The position numbers and the translations under genes were made by a program. Positions 27,940-40,469 of a stretch of DNA of 64,000 nt are shown here, piece after piece (the first letter of the stretch is position 1; every line of letters starts with the position of its first letter). The stretch is from Eledone cirrhosa. Lineage: Eukaryota. The notes beneath the pieces were generated by a model. That model was given only the letters and a program-made list of their open reading frames with translations. It searched no databases and was not told the origin of the DNA. The DNA is taken from assembly GCA_964016885.1 (NCBI GenBank), contig OZ024743.1, positions 285,262,001 through 285,326,000 of the forward strand, given 5' to 3'.

Positions 27940-28215
27940 GAAACATTGCTTCATTTTTACATATCTAAGCATTAGTAAAATAACTAATAATTTCAAAAGT
28001 AATTTTTCAATTCCAATTGTTATGAACAGCAAAACATTAATAATAATTTTGTTCTAAGAAATATATATACATTTCTGTGTGTGTAATATATATATATATA
28101 TATATACACACACAGAAATATATATACATTTCTATGTGTAATATATATATATATACACACAGAAATATATATATATATACACACAGAAATATATATACAT
28201 TTCTGTGTGTGTAAT

Positions 28216-28248
<33 letters not shown>

Positions 28249-28274
28249 GTTTAACGTCCATGTTCCTCGCTTGC

Positions 28275-28311
<37 letters not shown>

Positions 28312-28844
28312 GAAATATATGGGCATTTCTCTGTTTGTCTGTCTGTCTGTCTGTCCTTCCCGAAAACTCAAATGTAGGTGCTACAGAAATATTACCTTCC
28401 CCTTCCTTTCTCCACTTTGGTACTACCAAGAGAAACACTGTCGCTATAGAAACATGACCTTCCCCTCTCCACTGACTTTGGTCACTGAGGCCGAGGGAAT
28501 CGCTGGTTGCTATAGAGACACCTTTCACAAGCCAGAAGTAACCAGTTCGAGGCGGTTCTGACTTGACACCATGCCAAGGACCATTTGAAGATATATTTCC
28601 ATCGTTATATCATAACGTTTATATTTCCGTCACTAATCTCTTTTTCTCCTTTTTCGTTTTAACATATATTTATTTCAAAGATTTCACCATATAGATAACA
28701 TATATATTTATACATGCATAAAAGACACACCGAGAGACGGTGAACATGTGGTGCCGAAAACATTTCTCATCCAAATCTCAACAATATCAGTATATACACT
28801 AGATTTGCTAGCAGAAAACCGCCCAACGAGTGGTTTTATGCTAG

Positions 28845-29435
28845 TCTATATATATAAAACGGAGGATGTCTGTGTGTGTGTGAGTTTGAATCCCTAAAAC
28901 TAGAGAAGCACCCAACCGACTGTTTTCAAACTTTACACATGTAATACTTATGTTTCAGGGAGTATTCTGAGCAAAAGAAATTTCAAATTTTCAATGCCCT
29001 AGGTGATGCGTTAGGTGATTTTAGCGATCTCTCTCTATAATTCTTAGTCTTTCTCTTTTTAGATAGATACATACATATAACGTTGCGCCCTTATAATATC
29101 TGTCTGTATGTCTGGCTGCCTGCATTACGTCACTTCCTACAATTCTCTCTGCATCCAGAACGCGCCCTTATAATATGTCTGTCTGTATGTCTGGCTGTCT
29201 GCTGCCTCCGGTTATTCCGTCACCCTTACTCAAGACAAATCTCACACTCATTCCCCAAACAGTTGGTAAGTGTACACAACTTCTTCCTCACGTGTTAAGC
29301 CACAGTGTTGCTTACTTACGTACCGCCAGACCCTTACTTCTTTGCCAGCCCTGGTTGTGGCAATACTAAGCTTAGCTAAGGCGGTTATATATTTCACAAT
29401 ACCTTATCTCGTGCAACACCAGGTACCACTGCTAG
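28845..29435 (+). mobile_element. Non-autonomous Helitron-like element
   Basis: 5' TCTATATATATAAAA followed by a (TG)/(TGTC) tract; 3' GTGCAACACCAGGTACCACTGCTAG|T; no TSD. Confidence 0.6.
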
Positions 29436-29818
29436 TTTTCAATAAAAATCTTCTGAAAATTTACTCTTTAAAGACAGCAATTTTATAAGAATTTATAATA
29501 TAGGCACAAGGCTATAGTCAATTAAATCAACACCATTTGACTAATACTTATTTTATTGACCCTGGGTAAAGGAAAAGTTGCTCACAGTATTTGAACTCAG
29601 AATACTGAGAAAGAAAATTAAATGCTGTTTGATACTTTAAACTTTAAAGTTTTGGCCAGTTTTGATAATCATCATCATCACCATCCCTTTTACATTTGTT
29701 TCTCCATGCTTGCACAGGTTGGGTAACTCCATAGCAAATGTTAGGTTTCTAGACATGTTGAAAGATGGTGTGTTGCAAATTTGTGCAACTTATCTCTACA
29801 AGAAAAAAAATATATATA

Positions 29819-29958
29819 CCGTATATACTCAAATATAAGCTGAGGAATATGTGACCAATGTGTTGATTAGCTGCCTCAGTTTATAAAAGCGGTTTGGATT
29901 TTCATCTATTTCTCAGACATAAAAAAGGGGGAGTTGGCTTATATTCGAGTACACACAG
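29819..29958. mobile_element. pogo/Tigger-type MITE
   Basis: TA TSD; CCGTATATACTCAAATATAAGC / GCTTATATTCGAGTACACACAG. Confidence 0.65.
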
Positions 29959-30014
29959 TATATACATTGCTGTGAAACCAATGATAATGATATCAAAATA
30001 TTGGTATTTTGCAG

Positions 30015-30134
30015 GTCTAGTTAGTAAAGTAGTACCAGCAGATGAACTGATGTCAGCAACTCTGAAAACAGCTGAGACAATTGCCAATCAGTCCAAATTG
30101 ATAACCACTTTATGCAAAGAAGCTGTCAATGCAG
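30015..30134 (+). CDS. ECHS1: ECHS1 exon 6
   Basis: Acceptor attttgcag|; GLVSKVVPADELMSATLKTAETIANQSKLITTLCKEAVNA; donor G|gtaagt. Confidence 0.96.
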
Positions 30135-30717
30135 GTAAGTTATCTAGTTATTATTGTTGGTGGTGGTAGTGTTTTTTTAGTGGGGGGGGGGGGGGGTATT
30201 TTTTATTGGTTATAGTATTTTTATATTATGTATAATTATGAAGACAGGATGCAATTTTTTTCATATTTTATGTTTCAATGAATTAATGACATGTCATAAT
30301 GCACATTTCTAGATATGTCAGTTATGCAAAGCATGCCAACCAGACAAGCCTTCTTCAGATGATAAACTAAAATAAATATAAAAATGAAATAATGTTGGAA
30401 ATATGTCTGGAAAAGTATTTATCAGTATACCATACTGGGTGTTATTCTTGCATATAAAATATAAAAAACCTACCATCCTGCCTTTGTAATTATTCATATA
30501 TCAATACTCTGTTATGTACCTATAAGGACCCTAATCAACTATGGAACAATACAATCGATGTAGAGTGCTTAGTCTTCCTTACACTTGGATTAATTGTTTA
30601 TTGTGAATGCAAATTAATTAATTAATTCAAATGAAGAGAATATATATATGTGTGTGTGCGTGTGATTTATGCATATTTATTTAGCTATTAATTTTGTTAT
30701 TTATTTACCTATTTCAG

Positions 30718-30785
30718 CATATGAGATGACTCTCAGTGAAGGCTGTCACTTTGAGAAGAGATTGTTTCACAGCACTTTTGCTACA
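30718..30785 (+). CDS. ECHS1: ECHS1 exon 7
   Basis: Acceptor cctatttcag|; AYEMTLSEGCHFEKRLFHSTFAT; donor |gtaagt. Confidence 0.96.
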
Positions 30786-31279
30786 GTAAGTTCATGCATC
30801 TGCTTTTCTTTATCAGGGGTGCAAGGAGTGTTTCAGTTTGTTTTTTCATACTAACATAGTCTGACCAATACCTTGTGAATGAGATTTGGTAGACACACAC
30901 ACATATATATATATAAGCCAAAATCAGTTCCCATCCCACCCTTGCAAGCAGGGAAAAAGCGGACGTAAAATGAAATGAAATGAAATGAAATGATGATATA
31001 CATATATATATTTAAATGACAACAGAAGGCCAGATTCCAAATATTCTTTTAATGTTGCAAAATCAAAATACATATTTCTATGGCCTGGTCACATCAGATC
31101 ATGACGTAAGACTTTGGCAATGTCATCAGATGTAAATTGCAAAGATTAGGCAATCGATAACAGGATTACAGCAAACATAAACAGAAAATAGACTTGATTC
31201 AGAGACAGCCCACAATTCGGTGTTGTTATTGTGACGAACTGCCTATATATATAAATATGTGTGTGTGTGTCTTCATAAT

Positions 31280-32350
31280 CATAACTTAACACCTGTTTTC
31301 CATGCTAGCAAGGGTTAGACATGTTAGGATCATAAGTATATCATAGGCAAGAAACAAGAGGTGGGAGGGGGGTTTGACAAGATCAGAATTTTGTGTAGGG
31401 TTTAAGTGGTGATGTGGAGGGGAAGAGGGTAGTGAGAATGTATGTCATGGGTGTAAGACTGGTGTAGTGAAGTCTGACAGGGTAATACAAGGATGGGGAA
31501 GGGAGGAGTAATCCTGAGTAGAGTGGGGTGGAATAGTGTCATTACCATCATCATCCAGTTTTTGATTATGCAGGACACAATTAATCACTAAGTAAGAGTG
31601 AGTCCTGCCTGACAGCACTCCTTAGCATCCTGCTCTATGTGTTTCTGTCTGTCGGTCTCACTTGGGCCCGACCAAGCCTAGCTTGATCCCGACGGACATC
31701 CTCCATCCAAGTCCTTTTTGGATCTCTACTGCCTCCTGGAACAACATTCATCACTTTGCTGATCTAGCCTTCACTGTGCTCGACAAGGTCATACCAGCGC
31801 TTGCGTCTCGTGTGAAGCACATCCTCGAGGTCATTGATCAGCAGTCTTTTCAAGAGCTCAGTTGAGCTGACATCATCCTCAGTGGTAACACCACACATCC
31901 AGCGGATCATAGCTCTGTCATTTCTTCTGAGCTGATTCAGACAGTCGAATGACATGGCCCAGGTCTCGCTGGCGTGGAGCAACATGCTTCTCACACAGGT
32001 GTTGTAAATCTGCCCCTTGGTAACTAATGGCAGTGTGATGTTTAGAATAGTATCTAATGAGTGATGGGATGATGGTGGTGGTGGCGGTCAAGTCAGACTA
32101 GTTTTCTCCAGTACTGCATGTTGCCAATCGTCACAAACTTTTGTCATCTCTGTTGTGAGATTCAGCTTCCTTTGGTCAGTCTTTACTACTTTATCATAGG
32201 TCTATCTCGATCATTCACGTGTCCCATCTACAGAGATTTCTGTGCATTTCTTTGTACAGATATCAACCTCTATACACTTTACATGTCTTTACCAATACAG
32301 TCTTCTCTCTTGCACACTGCATCTGACTTCTCTTATGCAGAACTTTTCTA
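31280..32350 (-). mobile_element. Older RTE-like 3' fragments
   Basis: RSMLLHASETW...LRRNDRAMIRWMCGV...RRKRWY at 31764-31994; a second decayed C-terminal piece at 32100-32350; family tail at ~31280-31320. Confidence 0.7.
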
Positions 32351-32644
32351 TCAGCTTTCTTATGCTCTACTATATTTGTGTCTTCTTCTTGTTCTTGTCG
32401 CAGTGAGGGGGCTAGCATGTTCCATAGATCCAAGAGTGTACTGCTGTCTGGAGCTTTGCTCCTGGTAGGGCCACTCTAGGCAGGCTGGTCTCCCAGGGAG
32501 GTTCCAGACCAATGATGACCCCGCAGCACATCAGCTCACTGCCAAGATGGCAGCCCCATCGTCCAACTATTCTGCGGAGGGCCAACAACCCACCCAGAAG
32601 AACCCTCAACCTGTTATGACACTATATTTGTGTGCATTTCTTTT

Positions 32645-33110
32645 AATAATAATAATGAAATTGTGTACAGTGCTCAGGTGCACTATAACTCATCAAAGGT
32701 GCATGTATAGTACATAGAATAATGTACAAATGTCAGGAAAATGAACAGTGTATGAGTCATGATATAATAACAATAATGAAATATTGTGTACAGTGCCCAG
32801 GTGCACCACAACTCATCAAAAAAGTGCATGTACAGTACATAGGGCAATGCACAAACATCAGTAAAATGAACAGTGCACGAGTCATGATACACACGTGTGC
32901 ATGTGCATGGAAGGGGTACATCAGGTGTAGTTTTGGCGTATTTCGGGAAGCATGAGTGTCTTAAAGGATGCAGTGTCTCGGCAGCTAACAATTGATGCAG
33001 GCAGTTTGTTCCATGCTTCAGCAACTCTGAGCATGAAAAAATGTCTACAAAAGTCATGGGAGCTGTGCTGTTTTCTGATCTTGTAGGCATGTCCACGTGT
33101 GTTAGACACA
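32645..33110 (-). mobile_element. CR1-like LINE 3' fragment with a tandemly duplicated 3' end
   Basis: SNTRGHAYKIRKQHSSHDF...RVAEAWNKLP; 3' UTR and tail present twice (~32645-32762 and ~32765-32890). Confidence 0.88.
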
Positions 33111-34992
33111 TTTGTGGATAAACATTAAGAAAAATTGAAAAAAAAAAACTTAATTAAATAATTCCTTAAATCCTCTATTTTCCTTGACATTCTCTCTCTT
33201 GTCACTCCAGCCATCACCATATTATATTTTATATTCATTTCAATCAATTATAATGATTTCAATAACATGTGCTCTAAATTATGATGATTTTGTCCTACCT
33301 ATCTATTGATTTATTTTCAGGCTGCTATTGGGATTTGTGCTTTGTTGTTATTGTTCTTGTCTAAATATTCATAAATAGATAACTATAGTAAATATTCATA
33401 AATAGATAACTTTAGATTGACTGCCAAGCAGACAGACATATAGTTAGAGGATAGGTAGTTAGGTAGATAGACAGTTATGTAAATAGATAAATAGATAGGC
33501 AGACAGACAAATAGATGTTGCTTTTATTGTTTGAAGATAGATAAATAGATAACTGTAGAAAGCAGCTGCTGGCCACTGATGTGATTGTCAACACTGAGAA
33601 AGAGAGAGAGAGCTAGAAATCAAATTACCTCTTCCTAAACAAATCCAGTACAAAGTCGTTGCATTATGAAATAAAGAAAAGTTTTTAAAGCCAATCTTTC
33701 CCTCATAGTGCTCTTTGGAATTCCCTTCCCATACACATTTTTTCTGCAGCCATCAACTTACTGTTGTTGAAGCTGAACATCAACTATATTAGTCACACCA
33801 GTAACTGAGGGGTTGCAAAGGTTAATAAAACTGTCCCACCTCACTAGGCCATAAACATGTATATATTTTCATTACATTTCTAAACACTATCTTCTTCATT
33901 TTATATCTTTTCCATGCTTTCACGGGTTGAACAGGTTTTCCCTAGTTGTACTCTTTTGTCATCCCCTTCATGAGGTTCAGCCTCTTGAAATCAACTTTTA
34001 CCACTTCTTCCCATGTTTTTCTTTTTCACATGATTCTTTCTTGACAAGTTAGTACCACACATTCAAGGTCTTTAAAACTTAAGGGAGAAGGGAAGGAAGC
34101 TATCCTTGAATCAGAGACTTGGTCCAAAATATGTGTACTTCACTAAAGGTACCCAAGGGCTAGGTAGTAGTTTTAAACTGGGTGATCAATTAAGTAGCCC
34201 TGGCAGGATTTGAACTCAGGACACAAAGAACCAAAACAGATACCACAATGCATCTTGTTTGATACTCCAACAAATTTGTCCACCCTGAACTGATACTTTA
34301 TTTTATTGACTCCCAAAAAGATGAAAGGTAAGGTTCACCTCAGTGGAATCGGAACACAGAAAGCTAAAACAAATACCACAAGGCATTTTATCCTATGTTT
34401 CTTTGATTCTTTGATTTTCAACTATAATTAAAAGAAATAGGTATGGTTTAACATACTTTATTTCCAGGCATGTGACAAAAGTGGATCCGAGGTCTCGGTC
34501 ATTAGTCGTACAATAGATATACACAGGATTTACACTTGGAATTCCTCATTACTGTAGGAAGGAGTATTGTATTGTTGCACCTTACATTACCATAAAAATA
34601 CATTAATCAGTTTCCCATAGTTGGTGCAGCCTATATTGGGGTGCTATTCTATATGTTTTACTGTGTCTCCATCATGACAGTTCAATGAGCCTTAGAAATG
34701 TTTGACAGTGCCCATCTTCTCTCCAAGTGTCCCACCCCTCACTAAGGTTAGAATGCCACCATCTGGATGTTGTTGAGAACCAGTGTAAATCTTAATATTA
34801 TATGGTACAGCTACTAATTGGAGGTTAAGAAACATATTGAGTGAAAGTTTTACAGAATAATGTTGAACATGACATAAAACTCTAACAAGAAGGAGAGAGA
34901 GAGAATGAGCAAGCAAGTTGGTTGACAGTACCATGTTTATCATTTATTTTATTCTAATTATTTCTCTCTCTCTATTTTTTTATTTTTTTCAG

Positions 34993-35058
34993 AATGATCG
35001 GAAAGAAGGGATGACTGCATTTGTTGAAAAGCGACCTGCAAAATTTACTGACAGTTAA
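34993..35058 (+). CDS. ECHS1: ECHS1 exon 8 (coding part, with stop)
   Basis: Acceptor ttttttcag|; NDRKEGMTAFVEKRPAKFTDS followed by TAA. Confidence 0.96.
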   Translation, partial: NDRKEGMTAFVEKRPAKFTDS

Positions 35059-35196
35059 ACAACATAAAGCTTACAATGACAACAATTAATGATGCCCATC
35101 TATTTTGTGATCACTTCTGTTTGAAAATCAATCGAGTTTCTCTGACCTTTAATTATTTTAGTTTTGGGGTATTTGTAAAAATGATAATTAGAGATT

Positions 35197-35202
35197 AATA
35201 AA
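35197..35202 (+). terminator. Candidate ECHS1 polyadenylation signal
   Basis: AATAAA about 140 nt after the stop codon, followed by a T/GT-rich tract. Confidence 0.5.
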
Positions 35203-36130
35203 GAGAAATAATTTTTTCATTCTTTTGTTTTAAGTTTCTTATTTTCCAATGTTCACCTTTCCAAAGCTGTTAATATAATATGGATATGTTTTGGCTATGT
35301 TTATTCATAGGAGTAGGTAGTGAATTGGCAGAGTCATTACAATGTCGGATAGAATGGTTTGCGGGATTCATTTCAGCTCTCATACTGCCAAGGTTAACTT
35401 TGACTTTCACCCATTCGGAGTTGATAAAAAAGTACCAGTCTAGTACTGGGGTTGATTCTTCCTCTATATATTTTTCTCATTTCCTCTCTCTCCCCTTTCT
35501 ATCCTTCTCTGGAAGAAATCTGTTGTAGTCGGGCCAGGAGAGGGATAAGCACTGCCAGCTTTAAAAATGCTCAAGAAACGCATTATGTCACTACTGCACC
35601 CTACAACTACATCAGGCGTTACGTGACCATGCATTCAAGTGAGTTACTCAATTAAAACCAGTATATTATTGGTACTTATTGGAGGAATTAAAAGGAGAGT
35701 CAGGTTTAGAGCTTTGTTTTTTTATGGCTTTGTCATGATCTTTTGTAAGGCCTCCAAGAAAGGGAGGGAAAAACCCCAGCTGATAGGTTGTGACTGTAAG
35801 AAGCAATGCATCAAGATAGTAAGTTATCCTCAGACTTACATTAAATGCTTGCAAAAGTTTATACTCTGCTAGGGGTGTTAACAAGGTAATGGATTAAGTC
35901 TATCACCCAAGAGCAAGGACAGTCCATCTGTCTACTCAAATTTACTCACAAAGTCTGGATCAACTTGAGGTTATGGTAAAAACTTGTTCAAGGTGTCATG
36001 CAGTGGGATTAAATCTAGAACCATACAGTTATGCCTGTGAACAAGAGGAATAAAAACAAATACTGCAACACTTTACTGCAGCCCTCTACCATTTTAGACA
36101 ACTCAGTGTCATACCATTAACTTTTATATA

Positions 36131-36276
36131 CCGTATTTCCCGGCATCACTACTTTTTTCCTAAAATAAGTCTCAAAAATCTACCATGCATCCTGCAGGCT
36201 GACGGTTATTAATTTTTTTTTTTTCAAATTTTTGGTTGTCAAAATTAGGGTGGGTCTTCGGTGCCGGGAAATACAG
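36131..36276. mobile_element. pogo/Tigger-type MITE
   Basis: TA TSD; CCGTATTTCCCGGCA / TGCCGGGAAATACAG. Confidence 0.7.
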
Positions 36277-37519
36277 TAGTTATAAGCATATAATCATTAT
36301 TTAATTAAAGAAAAATTAATATTTATTTAACATTCTTTTGTATTCTAATTTCTAGTTTTATATACCTCTCTCTCTAAAACCAAGATTCAATAATATTTTA
36401 ACACCTCTGGTGTTCTAATTGTATGTTATGTTTAGGGAGGTGTGAATATTGTTTTCTTTATATGTGTAGTGATTGTGCTGTCGAAGGAAAGACGAGTGCT
36501 ATGACCTCATTAGATGTTTTTGATGTTTCTATTCCTGGAATATCTACATCAGATATATAGGTTGTATGTTGTTGACAAATAGATTTGAAATGTTAGGGAA
36601 GAATAAAAGATTACATCATCTGCATAGAATTGGCTATTGTGATATATAGAAGGAAGTGGTGGAGGGTGAGGGAGACACAAAATTGAACCTTTGGGCACAT
36701 CAGAGAGAACTTTATCAGTCCACTACAATCTACTAGGAAGCTACTGATCCCATAGAAGAGGTAGCTGGAACCCATAAGCAGGAGCAGCTTTGCTAGAAGA
36801 TTCCTATACCAGACACAGATGCATGTTTTGCTGATGTCAAGTGATACACACGCATTTCTTAAGAGTGATGACCCACTTGTCAGTAACTTAAGAGAGTAGG
36901 TTTCCAGTAGATCTGGCTTTATAATAGCCATACTAGTAGTCATTAAGACAAGAGATGATTTAGTGTTAAAGAATAAAAACTAATAATAGAATAAAAATAT
37001 ATTTTTAAAAATGAGGCCCGTGAGGGTGTGTGCCACTAAGCTATAGCTTATTTAGCTTATAGGTAAGTCCAACACTGGTTCTTGACATGGCTGAAGAGTC
37101 CTCCCAACTCTGGCAGGTTTTCTATGGCCGGATGCCCTTCCAATCACCAACCACTGCATAAAATAATTATCAGAGAAACTAGTTATTTATATTTAAGATA
37201 AATACATGTTAATGAGTTCTTTGAAGATTCACATACTGTGAATCAAAGGCAAATAATATACTCTGTAGGTTCAAATCTACAGAAGGATTTGCACTAACTA
37301 GTGTGATTTGGCAATTTCACAGGACTTCAATTCTCTATATGGTACTTATTTACAGGTAAGAGGGACAGGTCAATAAGTATTATCTATCTAAGCTATGGGT
37401 ACAGTATGGAACCGTGAAGAATAAATGCAAATGAACAATTAGTGAGGTTAACAATAACTTCATTCATGTATTCAGTCCTCTCTGCAAAGTGGTCACATTG
37501 GTGACACAACAAAAGAATC

Positions 37520-40465
37520 TTTAGTTAATTGGCTATAGGGTTATTTACTCCAGTAAATACCACTACATGCCAACCACTAATTTAATTTGTTTAGAAGATG
37601 TAAAAGAAATGACGATGTAGTAATTGAAACATGAATGAATACTTCGGAAAAGTGTATCAGTAACAATTTGCATTTATTGAAGTAGCTTGTTACAATGTTG
37701 GTAGTGAAACGTACCTCGTGCCATGATGTGGTGTAATCCTGAGGTATAAGATAGGATTAGAAAAGTTTAGCATCTGTGCTTGGTGTGGTCAGTTCTAGAG
37801 CCGTTGGTGAAAGAGAGTATACCTTTTGGCATAACCATGCCTGGCCTTAGGGCCAGGCAGCCAAGAGGTAGATTGTCCTTTGCTCCTTCTTTTATAATCT
37901 CTGAAACAGAAGTTCAAGGAGTATTCTAGAAATTCTACGGGAAGTAACTTTGGCTACTTCCCTTTGCCAGTGTGAAAACTGTGAAAAAGAGCACATCAAT
38001 AAAAAAAATGAATGAATGAATGAATGCAAGAAGAAAATTATGAATGAGGCGCTAAGGGGCCAGTGTTATGTATGCCGCTGTGTCAAATGACTGGCTGTTT
38101 GCTATTTATAACATGACCACCCAGGGTCTAATAGAAAACAAATAAAGTCTGACATGGGCGAAAATGTGCAAAATGTTTTCAAAGTTGCTGTTCTTGCATT
38201 AATTGTTATAAAAGTTGTTGGCGGTGGCGGTAAAAGTATGAAACTACCACTTCTGTTATGTTGCTGTGAAATCGCCGTTGGTGTTGTGGCTGTAGTTGTT
38301 GTGGTAAATGTTTTACCAGTAGCTGTTGTTGATGATGATGCTGTTCATGTCCAACGATTCCAAGGCAGGTTGGTCAGTTGCAGTGGCAACTAAATCGATA
38401 TGTGCAGGAGACGCAAGAGAACACACAAAGTCGAGATAGTGCGTCCGCAGGTATGTTGGAAGTTCCAGCTATGTGACGAATATCACTGGTATACGGTGAG
38501 ATGAGATCCAGATGCCTATACGCTCTCGGAGAGTACTTGTCGGACTTGGATTGTAAAGCGAACGTTAACGGTTTGTGGTCCGTGAATATCGTGAACTCCT
38601 GCCCCTCCAAAAGGTGGTGGAAGTGCTTCACGCCAAGATAAATTGCCAAAAGTTCTCTGTTAAAGGTGCTGTATCTCTGTTCTGGTGGTTTTAATTGGCA
38701 AGAGAAAAATGCCAATGGTTGAACTTAGTGATCGATTACATGATGCAAAACTGCTCCAACAGCACGATCAGATGCATCAAGAGATAAGGAAAGTCTCGCA
38801 TTTGTAACAGAATGGGCAAGGAAGGAAACTTTAGCTAGTTCAGACTTGACGGATTTAAAAGACTACAATGCATTGGCAGAAAGTGAAATTGTTTCATCTT
38901 TCTTTTTTACAGCCCTTAAAAACTGTGTCAAGAGGAATAACTTGTCCGCACAGTTAGGAATAAAGCGACGATAAAAGTTATTAATCCTAAAAAAAATGGC
39001 GTAATTGTTTCAAGGATGTTGGTGGTGCTAATTGCTGAATCGCCTCTACTTTAGCTGGCAATCTGGAACAAGTGGTCTGGGTGAGCCAGTAGAGATATCG
39101 CAGAGAATTTTTCCTTCAGAAGATGGAAGAGGTAAATATTCCAATTTGCTGCAGGAGAACTGGTCAGAGGGAATGTCCAGATAAGTTTCTTTTAAGTAGC
39201 TGACCGCAGAACGAACGTGCATAAAAATGCCCAGCAAGTGACGTCAATTTACGATGCAAGGTGTCGCAATTTTTTACTGGCATTAATAAAGTAGCTCGTG
39301 GCCGAACTATTCTTTGAGATGAATAGCAATGAGTGTGTTGGTAAAATCCACCGCGCGGGAAAATGACGAAATCAGGAAGACAAAATGGCCGACAATGAAA
39401 GCAAATAGAGCAAAAGACGCCATTTTGAATTTTTTCGGTGAATGATGAAAAAGGCTTGGTGGAAAGAGTAAGCAATAGTTGAAATTCAGCAAAAATAAAT
39501 ATTCATATTGAAATGTGTAAAAAAAAAGTCCAATTTTTTTTTTTTTTTTTTAAATGTTTGTTGTAAGAAGAAACGAAAAACATATATATACATCCAGTGA
39601 AATGCAACACATAGTTGATGAACGACACGTGCGTGAAAGGCAAAATTTTCTGTTTATTTTGCTTGGTGGTAAAAAAAATTTTTTAAATTTTTTTTATTGT
39701 TTTTATGTGTTAGTTATAAGACAGTGTATGCGGAGAGAAATCCATGTCTAAGGCGGTCGGAGGGATTTCTTAGTCCGAAAAAAAAAATATCACGTTAGGT
39801 GAGAGAAAAAGAGTCTGTCTGAACGAGAATTTCACATGTGCGTGTCTTCGTTTCTGTGTCTGTGTATTTTTCCTAGTTTGTTAATAAAGTTTGCAGCATG
39901 TTCGAAATGTTGGTCGACACATTCCAACGAAAATGGGGTAACCATTTTTTTTTACTAGTTGAAATATATCGTCCCACGTCGGGTTCACCATTTTAGTGAA
40001 TTGGCTATAGGGTTATTTACTCCAGTAAATACCACTACATGCCAACCACTAATTTAATTTGTTTAGAAGATGTAAAAGAAATGACGATGTAGTAATTGAA
40101 ACATGAATGAATACTTCAGAAAAGTGTATCAGTAATGATTTGCATTTATTGAAGTAGCTTGTTACAATGTTGGTAGTGAAACGTACCTCATGCCATGATG
40201 TGGTGTAATCCTGAGGTATAAGATAGGATTAGAAAAGTTTAGCATCTGTGCTTGGTGTGGTCAGTTCTAGAGCCGTTGGTGAAAGAGAGTATACCTTTTG
40301 GCATAACCATGCCTGGCCCTAAGGCCAGGCAGCCAAGAGGTAAAAAAGAGGTAGATTGTTCTTTGCTCCTTCTTTTATAATCTCTGAAACAGAAGTTCAA
40401 GGAGTATTCTAGAAATTCTACGGGAAGTAACTTTGGCTACTTCCCTTTGCCTAGAGAGCATTACA
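37520..40465 (-). mobile_element. Defective Ty3/Gypsy LTR retrotransposon
   Basis: Near-identical LTRs 37520-37968 and 39992-40465; 4-bp TSD AATC (37516-37519, 40466-40469); tRNA-Trp-type PBS (plus strand CACGTCGGGTTCACCA, 39975-39990); pol remnants inside; TATAAAA and AATAAA on the minus strand of the LTR. Confidence 0.92.
38410..39170 (-). pseudogene. Gypsy pol remnant (RT connection, RNase H, pre-integrase linker)
   Basis: FYRRFIPNCA, LDASDRAVGAVL, YSTFNRELLAIYLGVKHF, FTDHKPL, IRHIAGTSNIPADALSR, ILCDISTGSPRPLVP; interrupted by stops and frameshifts. Confidence 0.9.
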
Positions 40466-40469
40466 AATC

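Noticed and set aside
38154-38393. Hydrophobic ORF as an env-like or antisense membrane protein
   Set aside because: Val/Ala richness comes from the antisense of a CAA/ACA-rich tract; short and unsupported.
39975-39990. tRNA-Trp 3' end with CCA
   Set aside because: It is the primer-binding site next to the LTR, not a gene.
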